Part shown: in pieces, positions 1 to 9,064 of the stretch
Position numbering within the stretch: position 1 is the stretch's first letter
Layout: each line of letters begins with the position of its first letter
Origin: an uncultured Acidobacteriota bacterium
GTDB lineage: Bacteria > Acidobacteriota > Thermoanaerobaculia > UBA5066 > DATFVB01
Assembly (NCBI GenBank): GCA_963813155.1
Contig: CAWEYG010000002.1
Span: 224,001 to 288,000, forward strand
Reading direction: 5' to 3'
Length of the DNA: 64,000 bases
Position numbers and translations under genes: made by a program
The notes under the pieces: generated by a model
What the model was told of the DNA's origin: nothing
Seen by the model: the letters and a program-made list of their open reading frames with translations, nothing else
Database searches by the model: none

Positions 1-700
1 CCTCTTCTTCCTGCGACAGTACTTCTCCCGAGTCGATAAAACGCTCCGGCGAGATCCTCGCCAGAACCGAGGGATCGGCGAATTCCCCGTCGGCGACGAG
101 GACGGCGGCCGCGAGATCCCTCTGGTAGTTCGCGACGGAGGCGCGGTGCATCAGCTTCGTCTGGACGACCAGAGGATTTCGCGACGCGAGCCGCAGCGAA
201 TTGTCGATTCGCAGCGCCTTCGCGAGCTCCTGGATGGCCGCCTCCTCGCGGCCTTCCCGCTCCTCCAGCACTCCGAGATGAAAATGAGAGAAAGGGAAAC
301 CCGGTTTCCGGTGGATCGAGCGGCGGAACGCCGCGATCGCGCTCGAAGGCTTGCCCTCCTTCTCCCACAGGAGCCCTTCGTTGTACGACGGCAGGTAAGA
401 GCTGCGGTCGAGCCGCTCCGCCAACCGATACTGCGCGGCCGCCTCCTTCGCGAACCCGCGGCGGGCGAGGAGATTTCCCAGGTCGTTGTGAATCGCCGGG
501 TCCTCCGGCTTTTCCGCCGCCTCGCGGGTCAGCTCTCGAATCTCGCGGTCGCCCGGATCTTCGTCCGTCAGGTACTTGTCGTAGAAAGGCGCGGACGGCT
601 TTCCCGCCGGCCTGGAATCCGGCTTCGCGTCGCCCGGAGAATCCGCATAGGCCAGGACCGCAAACAGCGGCACGATGGCCGAGAGCCAGAGTTTTTTCAT
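1..700 (-). CDS. Secreted TPR-repeat protein (runs off the left edge)
   Basis: Not in the ORF track. ATG at 700 overlaps the upstream stop (ATGA). Manual translation gives a signal-like start MKKLWLSAIVPLFAVLAYA and TPR-like helices (PEDPAIHNDLGNLLARRG...AAAQYRLA; SHFHLGVLEEREG...AAIQELAKAL). Confidence 0.7.
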   Translation of the reverse strand, partial: MKKLWLSAIVPLFAVLAYADSPGDAKPDSRPAGKPSAPFYDKYLTDEDPGDREIRELTREAAEKPEDPAIHNDLGNLLARRGFAKEAAAQYRLAERLDRSSYLPSYNEGLLWEKEGKPSSAIAAFRRSIHRKPGFPFSHFHLGVLEEREGREEAAIQELAKALRIDNSLRLASRNPLVVQTKLMHRASVANYQRDLAAAVLVADGEFADPSVLARISPERFIDSGEVLSQEEE

Positions 701-1245
701 GCTTTCTTCCCTTTTCGGGTACGAACCGCGAGCTTGACCTTCTCGGCGTCCGCCGCGACGTCGAACTCCCATTCGCCGTGCCCCATTCGTTCTTTCAGCC
801 TCTCACGTTCGCGGTTCAGTTGATCCCGGAATTTCTCGAAGCTCAACCGGGCGACCTCCTCGCCGCGTTCCTTCTTGGCCCGGACGAATCGCTCGAAAAG
901 CGCGCGATCGGCCGATTCCTCAGCCTTCGTTAGTACGGAAGCCGGCGGCGTCGCGTTTGGCGCCTGGACCCCGCGCGCGAAGCGCCCGCGCCCCTCTTCC
1001 TTTTCCCGGACGGCGCGGTCCCAACGCTCCAGCTGGGCATTGTATCGTCCGATCAGGGAATTGAACCGATATCTCTCGCTCGCCGAATCGATGGTCTGCT
1101 GCGACAGGGCCTTCGCTCTCGATTCCAACTGGCGCCGGGACTCCGCCGGCAGCCGGCCCCCCGACCCGTAGAGAAAGACATCGTATTCGCGCGAAAGCCG
1201 GGCGATCGCAGCCTCGAACTCGGAAAAATCCTTCTCGAGCGACAT
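697..1245 (-). CDS. MXAN_5187 C-terminal-domain-like protein
   Basis: 182 aa helical ORF with EYDVFLYG...P, RYRFNSL...Y...ERWDR and a C-terminal FDVAADAEKVKL, recalled as typical of this family. Confidence 0.6.
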   Translation of the reverse strand: MSLEKDFSEFEAAIARLSREYDVFLYGSGGRLPAESRRQLESRAKALSQQTIDSASERYRFNSLIGRYNAQLERWDRAVREKEEGRGRFARGVQAPNATPPASVLTKAEESADRALFERFVRAKKERGEEVARLSFEKFRDQLNRERERLKERMGHGEWEFDVAADAEKVKLAVRTRKGKKA

Positions 1246-1265
1246 CTGCTAACCTCGCCATTGTA

Positions 1266-2606
1266 ATGGCAACACGCCATCCTCCTTCCATGGAACGCCT
1301 CCTCTCCGACCCGCGGGCGGCCGGACTGACCGAACGGTACGGGCGGCCGGCCCTCAAAGAGGCCGCGACGGCAGTCATCCAGGCAAGAGCGGCCGTCGAC
1401 GCGGGAGAGATCCTCGAGGCGAGCGAGCGTGTCCTGGCGAGACGTTTCGAGCCGGACCCGGTGCGCGTCGTCAACGCCACCGGCGTCCTGATCCATACGA
1501 ATCTGGGGCGGGCTCCCCTTTCCGGGAGCGCCCGGCGGGCGATCGGAGAAGCCGCCGCTGGCTACCAGTCCGTCGAGATCGATCTCGTATCGGGCCGGCG
1601 GGGCTCCCGCGGAAAGAAGCTTCGGGAGCTGCTCGCGTCTTTTCTCGGAACGGAGGACGCGCTCGCCGTCAACAATAACGCGGCCGCGGTTCTGCTCGCC
1701 CTCTCGGCGACCGCCGCCGGGCGCGAGGTCCTCGTCTCGCGCGGAGAGCTCGTCGCCATCGGAGGCTCCTTCAAGATCCCCGAGATCCTCGAGCTGTCGG
1801 GCGCGAGGCTACGGGAGGTGGGGACCACGAACCGGACGAAGATCGAAGACTACGAGCGCGCGTTCTCGAAGCACACGGCGGCCCTCCTGACCGTTCACCC
1901 GTCGAATTACGAAATCCGCGGTTACTCGAAACGCCCCGCTCCGGCCGACGTCGGCGCGCTCGCGCGGAAGAAGAGAATTCCCTGGATCCACGATCACGGG
2001 TCCGGAAACCCGATCGGCCTCGAGGTCTACGGAATCGCCGGAGAGGAAAAGATCTCCGACGCCGTCTCCGCGGGGGCCGCGATCGTCGCGTTCTCCGGCG
2101 ACAAGCTCCTCGGCGGCCCGCAGGCCGGCATCCTCGCGGGGAAACGCCGATGGATCGAGGCCTGCCGCTCCCATCCGCTCGCGCGCGCGGTTCGGGCCGA
2201 CAAGCTCACGCTCGCAGGCCTCTTCGCGACCGTCGCGGACTGGATCGCGCGCGGGCCCGGCGCGATCCCGATCCATGCGCTCGCGTGCCGGCCGGTCGAG
2301 GAGCTTCGAGCCCGGGCAGACGCCGTTCGAAAATCCCTTCCGGCCGGCATCGCCGCCGAGCCCGTGGACACGCTCTCGCTCTTCGGAGGAGGCACGACGC
2401 CGGAACGGACTTTTCCTTCTGCAGGGCTCGCACTCACGAGCTCCTCGTTCTCAGCCGATGAGCTGGCCAGACGGCTCCGCGTCGGCAAGCCGCCACTCGT
2501 CGCCCGCGTCGAGCGAGGAAAGGTCATTCTCGATTTCCGAACGATCTTTCCGGAAGAGGACGAAGTCGTGGTCGAAGCGGTCAGGACAATCGTGGAAGGT
2601 GTTTGA
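1266..2606 (+). CDS. selA: L-seryl-tRNA(Sec) selenium transferase
   Basis: Motifs VVNATGVLIHTNLGRAPL, VNNNAAAVLL, SRGELVAIGGSF, EVGTTNRT and the PLP-lysine motif FSGDKLLGGPQAG. Confidence 0.95.
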   Translation: MATRHPPSMERLLSDPRAAGLTERYGRPALKEAATAVIQARAAVDAGEILEASERVLARRFEPDPVRVVNATGVLIHTNLGRAPLSGSARRAIGEAAAGYQSVEIDLVSGRRGSRGKKLRELLASFLGTEDALAVNNNAAAVLLALSATAAGREVLVSRGELVAIGGSFKIPEILELSGARLREVGTTNRTKIEDYERAFSKHTAALLTVHPSNYEIRGYSKRPAPADVGALARKKRIPWIHDHGSGNPIGLEVYGIAGEEKISDAVSAGAAIVAFSGDKLLGGPQAGILAGKRRWIEACRSHPLARAVRADKLTLAGLFATVADWIARGPGAIPIHALACRPVEELRARADAVRKSLPAGIAAEPVDTLSLFGGGTTPERTFPSAGLALTSSSFSADELARRLRVGKPPLVARVERGKVILDFRTIFPEEDEVVVEAVRTIVEGV

Positions 2607-2641
2607 CCCGCCGCGTCAATTAGACTAGTCTTAGACCAGTC
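2603..2641 (+). promoter_or_regulatory. Sigma70 promoter and probable TA autorepression operator
   Basis: TTGACC (2603-2608), 17 bp spacer, TAGTCT (2626-2631). Overlaps the palindrome AGACTAGTCT and the tandem TAGACTAGTC-T-TAGACCAGTC just before the antitoxin ATG. Confidence 0.65.
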
Positions 2642-2878
2642 ATGAAGAAGCGAGTCAGCGCCTATGAGGCAAAGACCCACCTCCCGAGCCTCGTCGCCGA
2701 GGCAGAACAGGGAAGGCTCATCACGATCACGCGTCATGGGGTCGATGTCGCCGAGCTGGGACCGGTCGGGCGGCCTCCGAACGTCGCCGCCTCCATCGAA
2801 GGTCTGAGGCGGCTTCGAAAGGGCTTAAAACTCGGAAAAATCTCGATTCGACAACTGATCGACGAAGGCCGGCGCTGA
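2642..2878 (+). CDS. Phd/YefM family antitoxin
   Basis: VSAYEAKTHLPSLVAEAEQG...ITITRHG..VAELGP is the Phd fold signature. Confidence 0.9.
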   Translation: MKKRVSAYEAKTHLPSLVAEAEQGRLITITRHGVDVAELGPVGRPPNVAASIEGLRRLRKGLKLGKISIRQLIDEGRR

Positions 2879-3288
2879 AAGCTTTCGCTCTCGACTGCTC
2901 GGTCGCGTTGAGCTGGCTGTTCGAAGACGAATCGAGTCCCGGGGCGGACGAAGCGCTCGAATCGCTGAAGGATTCCGAAGCCCTGGTGCCGGCGATCTGG
3001 CCGTTCGAGATCGCCAACAGCCTCGCGGTCGCCGAACGGCGCCGGCGCTGCACGGCGGCCGACTCCGCAAGTTATCTGAATCTGCTGTCGTCGCTGCCCA
3101 TCCGGGTCGAAGCGCCGCCGACCGGCCGGGCGCTCGACACGATCCTTTCGGTCGCGCGCGAATCCAGCCTCTCCGCCTACGACGCCGCTTACCTCGAGGT
3201 CGCGATGCGTGAAGGCCTCGCGCTCGCGACCCAGGACCGGCGCCTCCGCGAAGCGGCGCGCCGCATGGGGGTTGCCGCGTACCGGTAA
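2875..3288 (+). CDS. vapC: VapC/PIN domain toxin, probable CTG start
   Basis: The frame extends upstream of the ORF-track start (2908) to LKAFALDCSVALSW, which holds the first PIN Asp. Also has LSAYDAAYLEVA and LATQD motifs. Confidence 0.88.
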   Translation: MKAFALDCSVALSWLFEDESSPGADEALESLKDSEALVPAIWPFEIANSLAVAERRRRCTAADSASYLNLLSSLPIRVEAPPTGRALDTILSVARESSLSAYDAAYLEVAMREGLALATQDRRLREAARRMGVAAYR

Positions 3289-3294
3289 TTCCCG

Positions 3295-4491
3295 CTACGC
3301 CGTCGCGATGCCGTCGTCGATGTCGCCGGAGGCCGGTTTGAGAACGGGAAGGGAAGCCGACTGCTTCTTCTTCGGGATCGGAAGCGGGCCCGTGCAGCAG
3401 GGATCCTTGCACGCGTCGTAGAGCGTACGGCGCTGGACCGGCGTGTAGCCCGCGTCGGAGATGATCCGCTCCATTCCCTCCTGGTCCATGTGGTTTCGCG
3501 CTCCCGCCGCCGCGACGACGTTCTCCTCGATCATGATCGAGCCGAGGTCGTCGGCGCCGAACGCGAGGCTCGTCTGGCCGATCTTCGGTCCCTGCGTCAC
3601 CCACGATCCCTGCACGTGGCGAATGTTGTCGAAGTAGAGGCGCGAAACGGCGAGCGTCTTCAGGTATTCGTGCCCGCCGGCGAGGCGGACCTTGCCGTCG
3701 AGAGCCGTGTTCTCCTCCTGGAACGTCCACGGGATCCACGCCGTGAATCCGCCCGTCCGGTCCTGGAGGTCGCGCACGACCTGCAGGTGCTCGACGCGCT
3801 GCTCCAGGGTCTCGCCGACGCCGAACATCATCGTCGCTGTCGTGCGCATTCCGAGGCCGTGCGCGGATTCGTGCACGTCGACCCACTGGGCGACCGGCGC
3901 CTTCGTGAGCGACCAGATCTCCCTCCGCACGGAGTCCTCCAGGATTTCGGCGCCGCCGCCCGGGATCGACTGCATCCCGGCGTCCCGCAGCCGGGCGATC
4001 ACGTCGCGCATCGGCTGTTTCGTGAGCTTCTGAAGGAAGTAGACCTCCGGGGCCGAAAGCGCGTGAAGGTGAATCGTCGGAAAGTTCGTCCGGATGAACC
4101 GGAACATCTCTTCGTAGAAGGAGAACGGCAGCTTCGCGTGGACGCCGCCCTGAAGCAGCACTCCCGTTCCGCCGAGGTCGACCGTTTCCCGCAGCTTCTC
4201 GCCGATCTGGTCCCACGAGAGGACGTACGCGTCCTCCGCACCGTCGGGCCGGTAGAACGCGCAGAACTTGCAGCGGTAGATGCAGACGTTCGTGTAGTTG
4301 ATGTTCCGGTCGATGATGTAGGAAGCCTGGTCCGGCGGGTTCTTGCGGTTGCGGATCTCGTTGGCCGCGGCGCCGATCTCGAGCAGGTTGCCGTCGCGGA
4401 GCAGGGAGACGGCGTCCTCGGAACCGAGACGTTCGCCGCCGAGAACGGCGCAGAGGATTTCGGCGGACGGCCGCGGCTGCATGGAGGCCAT
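3295..4491 (-). CDS. mqnC: Cyclic dehypoxanthinyl futalosine synthase (radical SAM, CofH/MqnC family)
   Basis: IDRNINYTNVCIYRCKFC (CxxxCxxC), PGGGAEIL, TATMMFG and ADDLGSIMIEENVV. mqnA lies nearby. The true start may be the ATG at 4482. Confidence 0.85.
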   Translation of the reverse strand: MASMQPRPSAEILCAVLGGERLGSEDAVSLLRDGNLLEIGAAANEIRNRKNPPDQASYIIDRNINYTNVCIYRCKFCAFYRPDGAEDAYVLSWDQIGEKLRETVDLGGTGVLLQGGVHAKLPFSFYEEMFRFIRTNFPTIHLHALSAPEVYFLQKLTKQPMRDVIARLRDAGMQSIPGGGAEILEDSVRREIWSLTKAPVAQWVDVHESAHGLGMRTTATMMFGVGETLEQRVEHLQVVRDLQDRTGGFTAWIPWTFQEENTALDGKVRLAGGHEYLKTLAVSRLYFDNIRHVQGSWVTQGPKIGQTSLAFGADDLGSIMIEENVVAAAGARNHMDQEGMERIISDAGYTPVQRRTLYDACKDPCCTGPLPIPKKKQSASLPVLKPASGDIDDGIATA

Positions 4492-4514
4492 TTTACTTGT
4501 AGATTCGCCAGGTC

Positions 4515-5262
4515 ATGAAACGCCTCGTCGTGCTCGGCGCGAGCAACGCCCGCCGATGCCTTCCGACCATCTTTTCCGCGGCCCGGGCGGCCTCGCGGGC
4601 CGGTGAAGGTCTACGGGGCGATCGGCCACGGCCGGTCGTACGGGTCTGCGAGCAGCGTCCTCGGCCGCTCCCTTCCGGGCATCCTCGAATGCGGCCTGTG
4701 GGCCGCGCTGGACACCTCGGCTAGCGATCCCCTCGACGCGGTCCTGAGTGACGCGGGAAACGACATCCTTTACGGATTTTCGGTCGCCGAAATCCTCGAA
4801 TGGGCCGGAGAATGCATTTCCCGGTTGGAGAAGATCGGAGCGCGGATCACGGTCATGGGCCTTCCCGTCGAGGCGATCGACCGGCTCGGCCCGGCCCGAT
4901 TCCTGATGTTCCGATCGATCTTCTTCCCGTCGAGCCGGCTTCGGCTGGGAGCCGTCCGAAGCTCCGTCCGGGAGCTCGATCGCGCCCTGCGGCTCGCCGC
5001 GGAAGCGCGAAAAATCCGTTTCGTCGAGCCCCGTGGCGAGTGGTACGGTTTCGACCCGATTCACATCCGCTTTCGCGACGCGAGAGCGGCCTGGGCGGAA
5101 ATCCTCGGCGCGCCGCCCGCGGCCATGGGACGCCTCCCGACATTCGACGCCCTGCGGGTCCGGCTCGCCCGCCCCGAAGGGGAAACGATGTTCGGTATCG
5201 AACACGCCCACGCCCAGCCCGCGTTCCGCGCGGGCGACGGGAGCGAGATCAGGCTGTACTAG
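4515..5262 (+). CDS. SGNH/GDSL-like hydrolase, one frameshift near 4600
   Basis: N-terminal VVLGASN in one frame joins GHGRSYG, DAGND and FDPIH (DxxH) in the second frame. Confidence 0.6.
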
Positions 5263-5276
5263 CTGGCGGCTGGCCC

Positions 5277-6459
5277 CTACGACCTGTAGTCCGCGTTCAG
5301 AGACACGTAGTCGTGGCCGAGGTCGCACGTCATGAGCGATGCCTTCCCCGGCCCGGAGCCGAGGTCGATCGTGATGGGGACGGTCTCGCGGGAGAAGATC
5401 CTCGCCGCGTCCCGCTCGCGATACTCCGCCGGAGAGCCGTCCGCGACGAGCACGAGGCTTCCCGCGCGGAGGCTGACGCGCTTCGGGGAGAACCTCGCTC
5501 CGCTTCTTCCGACCGCCGCGAGGATCCGGCCCCAGTTCGGGTCGCCTCCCGCGAGGGCCGTCTTGACGAGCGGCGAGGTCGCGACGGCGTGCGCAGCGAG
5601 CTTCGCTTCCCGGTCCGACCGGGCGCCACGGATTTCGATCGCCATCACGCGGCTCGCGCCCTCTCCGTCCCGGACGATCATCTCGGCGAGCTCCCGGCAG
5701 ACCGCCGCGAGCGCGCGACGGAAGTCGGCGCCTTCCGCCGGACGGTCGAGCTCCGGGCCGCCGAGCTTGCCCGACGCGAGGAGGAGAACGGTGTCGTTGG
5801 TCGAGGTGTCGCCGTCGACCGAAATCGCGTGGAAGCTCGAATCCGCCGCTTCGTGCAGAGCGGCGCGAAGGAATCTCGGCGACGCCGCGGCGTCGGTCAT
5901 GACAAACGCGAGCATCGTCGCCATGTCGGGATGGATCATTCCCGCGCCCTTCGCGAACCCGACGATGCGGCCCCTCTTTCCGGCGTGCCGGAACGTGGCG
6001 GCGGCGACCTTCGGGCCCGCATCGGTCGTGAGGATCGCGAGGGACGCTCGCCTCGAGCCCGGAAGGCGAGAGGCGCGCGATCGCCGCCGGAAGGGCCTCC
6101 CGAACGCGCGCATCCGGGAGAGGGACGCCGATGACGCCCGTGGACGCGAGAAAGACCTCCTCCGCCGGACAGCCGAGGAGCCGGGCGGCCCGGTCCCGCA
6201 CCCGGCGCGCCGCCCGGGCGCCCTTCTCTCCCGTCAGCGCGTTCGCGCAACCCGAGTTCACGATGGCCGCTCGCACCCTTCCTCCGGAGCGCGCGAGCGC
6301 GGCACGCGACAGAGAAACGGGCGCCGCAGAAAACCGGTTCTTCGTGAAAAGGGCGGCCGCCGTCGCCCCCGAGGGCGCGAGCAGAATTGCGAGATCCGGG
6401 CGGCGCTTTCGAATGCCGGAGCGAATCCCCGACGCGAGAAACCCGTTCGGCAGCTTCAT
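5277..6459 (-). CDS. argJ: Bifunctional ornithine acetyltransferase/N-acetylglutamate synthase, frameshifted near 6040-6120
   Basis: MKLPNGFLASG...VNSGCANA...ASTGVIG, then ILTTD, AKGAGMIHPDMATML, DGDTSTND, DGEGA and DPNWGR. Start overlaps the argH stop (ATGA). Confidence 0.93.
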
Positions 6460-7835
6460 CGCCGGCTCCGCGCCTCCCGAACCCGCTTCCCGGCCGCCTT
6501 CGCCGCTTCCGCGACGCGTTTCGGCGAGGTACCGCCGATCGTCGCGCGGCGGGAGAGCGCGCGCGCCACGTCGAGCGACGAGCGATCTCCACGCGTGAAC
6601 TCGGGCGTCACCGGAAGGTCCCGAAGGGAGCGCCCGGAACGGCCGGCGTCCGCGACGAGCCGCCCGACAAACTCGTGCGCGCGGCGAAACGGGACACCGC
6701 GCCGGGCCATGGCGTCCGCGAGCTCGGTCGCGAGGAGCGCGTCGTCGGAAGCCGCTTTCCTCATCCGGGCGCGATCGAGCCGCAGCCGCGACACGAGCGC
6801 GGTCATCGCGGGAAGGGCCGCCGCGAGAACGGCCCGCAGGCGGAACACGGGTTCCTTGTCGAGCTGCAGGTCCTTGTTGTACGCGAGCGGCAGCCCCTTG
6901 AGCAGCGCGAGAAGGCCCGCGAGCTCGCCGATCGAGCGGCCGGCATGCCCGCGCAAGAGCTCGAGAATGTCCGGATTCTTCTTGTGCGGCATCCGGGACG
7001 AACCGGTCGAGAGGTCGTCCGGCAGCTCCAGGAACGCGAATTCGTCCGAAGAGAACAGGATCACGTCCCCGGCCAGCCGCGACAGGTGGGAGAGCAGCAT
7101 CGCGCCGCAGTAGAGGTAGTCCGCGGCGGCGTCGCGATCCGAGACCGCGTCGAGCGAGTTCGCGCTCGGCCGGCGAAAGCCGAGCTCGCGGGCGAGCGCT
7201 CGCCGGTCCACGCCGACCGGGGAGCCGGAGAGGGCTCCGCTTCCGAGGGGGCACTCGTCGGCGCGATCCTTCGCCTGCGCGAACCTCTCCTCGTCGCGCA
7301 GGAGCATTTCGACGTAGGCGAGGCACCAGTGGCCGAACGTGACCGGCTCCGCGCGCTTTCCGTGCGTGTAAGCCGGCATCGGCGTCGCGGCGTCGCGCTC
7401 GGCGCGCCGGACGAGCGCTTCGGCGAGCGCGAGCAGGTTCTCTTGCGCCTCCCCGAACACCCGCCGCAGATAGATGCGGAAATCGGTCGCGACCTGGTCG
7501 TTGCGCGAGCGGCCCGTGTGGAGCTTGCCGCCGACCGGGCCCGCGAGCCTCGCGACTTCCGATTCGACGAACGAATGCACGTCCTCGAACGCGCGGACGC
7601 CGCACGGGATCCCGGCGGCCCGAACCTTCCGGAGGGCCCGCGCGAGGCGGCCCGCCTCCGATTGCGAGAGGACCCGGGCCTTCCGCAGCGCGCCGACCCA
7701 GGCCAGCGAACCCTCCACGTCCTCGGCGAACAGCTCCCGGTCGAACTCGAAGGAATCGTTGAAGCGCCGGAGCAATTCCGAGGCCGGAGCCGAAAAACGG
7801 CCTCCCCACATCGTCTTGCGGGAAGAGGCTTTCAC
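6456..7835 (-). CDS. argH: Argininosuccinate lyase
   Basis: MWGGRF, KLHTGRSRNDQV, GSSRMPHKKNPD and KGLPLAYNKDLQ. GTG start coupled to the argG stop. Confidence 0.95.
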   Translation of the reverse strand: MKASSRKTMWGGRFSAPASELLRRFNDSFEFDRELFAEDVEGSLAWVGALRKARVLSQSEAGRLARALRKVRAAGIPCGVRAFEDVHSFVESEVARLAGPVGGKLHTGRSRNDQVATDFRIYLRRVFGEAQENLLALAEALVRRAERDAATPMPAYTHGKRAEPVTFGHWCLAYVEMLLRDEERFAQAKDRADECPLGSGALSGSPVGVDRRALARELGFRRPSANSLDAVSDRDAAADYLYCGAMLLSHLSRLAGDVILFSSDEFAFLELPDDLSTGSSRMPHKKNPDILELLRGHAGRSIGELAGLLALLKGLPLAYNKDLQLDKEPVFRLRAVLAAALPAMTALVSRLRLDRARMRKAASDDALLATELADAMARRGVPFRRAHEFVGRLVADAGRSGRSLRDLPVTPEFTRGDRSSLDVARALSRRATIGGTSPKRVAEAAKAAGKRVREARSRR

Positions 7836-9064
7836 GGCTTCTCCGCCGCGGCCGCAGACGGAACCGCCATCGGCGAAAGGCGCCGCCGGCCCCGCGTCTG
7901 CAGCCCGTACAGGCGGATGAATCCGGCCGCGTCCTGCGGCGTGTAGCCGGTCATGTCGAACGACGCGAGGGCAGGGTTGTAGAGCGACGTCGGAGACTTC
8001 CTTCCCGTCACCGACGCCGAACCCTTGAACAGTTTCACGCGAACCTCGCCATTGACGTTTTCCGCGATCGACTGAAAGAAGGCGTCGAGCGATTCGCGAA
8101 GCGGCGAAAACCACTGCCCGAAGTACACGAGCTCGGCGTAGCGCAGCGCGAGCCGCTCCTTTTCGTGCGCGCTGTCGCGGTCGAGGGTGATCGACTCGAG
8201 CGCCTTCAGCGCCGCGACGAGAATCGTCCCACCCGGAGTCTCGTAAATTCCCCGCGACTTGATGCCGACGAGACGGTTCTCGACGATGTCGGCTCGCCCC
8301 ACGCCGTGCCGGCCGCCGATCTCGTTCAGGGTCGCGATGAGCTCCATCGGATCGAACAAGTGGCCGTCGACCGCCACCGGGATCCCCGACTCGAAGGTCA
8401 CCGTCACGTTCTCCGCCTCGTCCGGCGCGTCTTCGGGCGCGACCGTCAGCCGGTAGATCGACGGATCCGGCTCCCAGCCGGGGTCCTCGAGATTCCCGCC
8501 TTCGTGCGAGATATGCCACAGGTTGCGGTCGCGGGAGTACGGGTCGCTTCGGGTGACCGGAACTGGAATGCCCCTCTCGGCCGCGTAGTCGATCGCGTCT
8601 TCGCGGGAAACGATGTCCCACTCGCGCCACGGCGCAACGACCGCGAGCTCGGGCGCGAGGGCCTGGTAGGCGAGCTCGAACCGCACCTGGTCGTTCCCTT
8701 TTCCGGTGCAGCCGTGCGCGAGCGCGTCGCAGCCGGTCGCGAGCGCGGTTTCGACCTGCTTGCGCGCGATCAGCGGGCGCGCGGCCGCCGTCCCAAGCAG
8801 GTAGTCGCGCTCGTAAACGGCCCCGGAACGGAGGAGGGGAAAAAGGAAGTCGCGCGCGAACTCCGCCCGGGCGTCGAGCAGATGAAAATCCGCCGCCCCG
8901 GTTCGGCGGGCTTTCGCCGCGAGGCCGCGCGTTTCCTCGCTCTGCCCCACGTCGACGGCCACCGCGACCACCTCGCACCCGTAGTTCTCCTTGAGCCACG
9001 GAATGATGATCGACGTGTCGAGCCCCCCCGAGTAGGCGAGCGCGACTCTCCGGAACTTCTTCAT
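7832..9064 (-). CDS. argG: Argininosuccinate synthase
   Basis: LAYSGGLDTS, HGCTGKGNDQVRFE, YSRDRNLWHISHEGG and KSRGIYETPGG. Confidence 0.97.
   Translation of the reverse strand: MKKFRRVALAYSGGLDTSIIIPWLKENYGCEVVAVAVDVGQSEETRGLAAKARRTGAADFHLLDARAEFARDFLFPLLRSGAVYERDYLLGTAAARPLIARKQVETALATGCDALAHGCTGKGNDQVRFELAYQALAPELAVVAPWREWDIVSREDAIDYAAERGIPVPVTRSDPYSRDRNLWHISHEGGNLEDPGWEPDPSIYRLTVAPEDAPDEAENVTVTFESGIPVAVDGHLFDPMELIATLNEIGGRHGVGRADIVENRLVGIKSRGIYETPGGTILVAALKALESITLDRDSAHEKERLALRYAELVYFGQWFSPLRESLDAFFQSIAENVNGEVRVKLFKGSASVTGRKSPTSLYNPALASFDMTGYTPQDAAGFIRLYGLQTRGRRRLSPMAVPSAAAAEKP

Noticed and set aside
1266-2606. Selenoprotein (UGA read-through) genes or tRNA-Sec near selA
   Set aside because: The gene breaks I examined are frameshifts rather than in-frame TGA at Cys positions, and I recognised no tRNA or rRNA genes.
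4513-7809. Very long alternative-frame or antisense ORFs (e.g. 4513-7809, 24113-26986, 35676-37817, 57458-60151, 58458-60830)
   Set aside because: These are Arg/Pro/Gly-rich shadow frames typical of high-GC DNA overlapping recognisable genes. Only embedded segments such as the argJ N-terminus are real.
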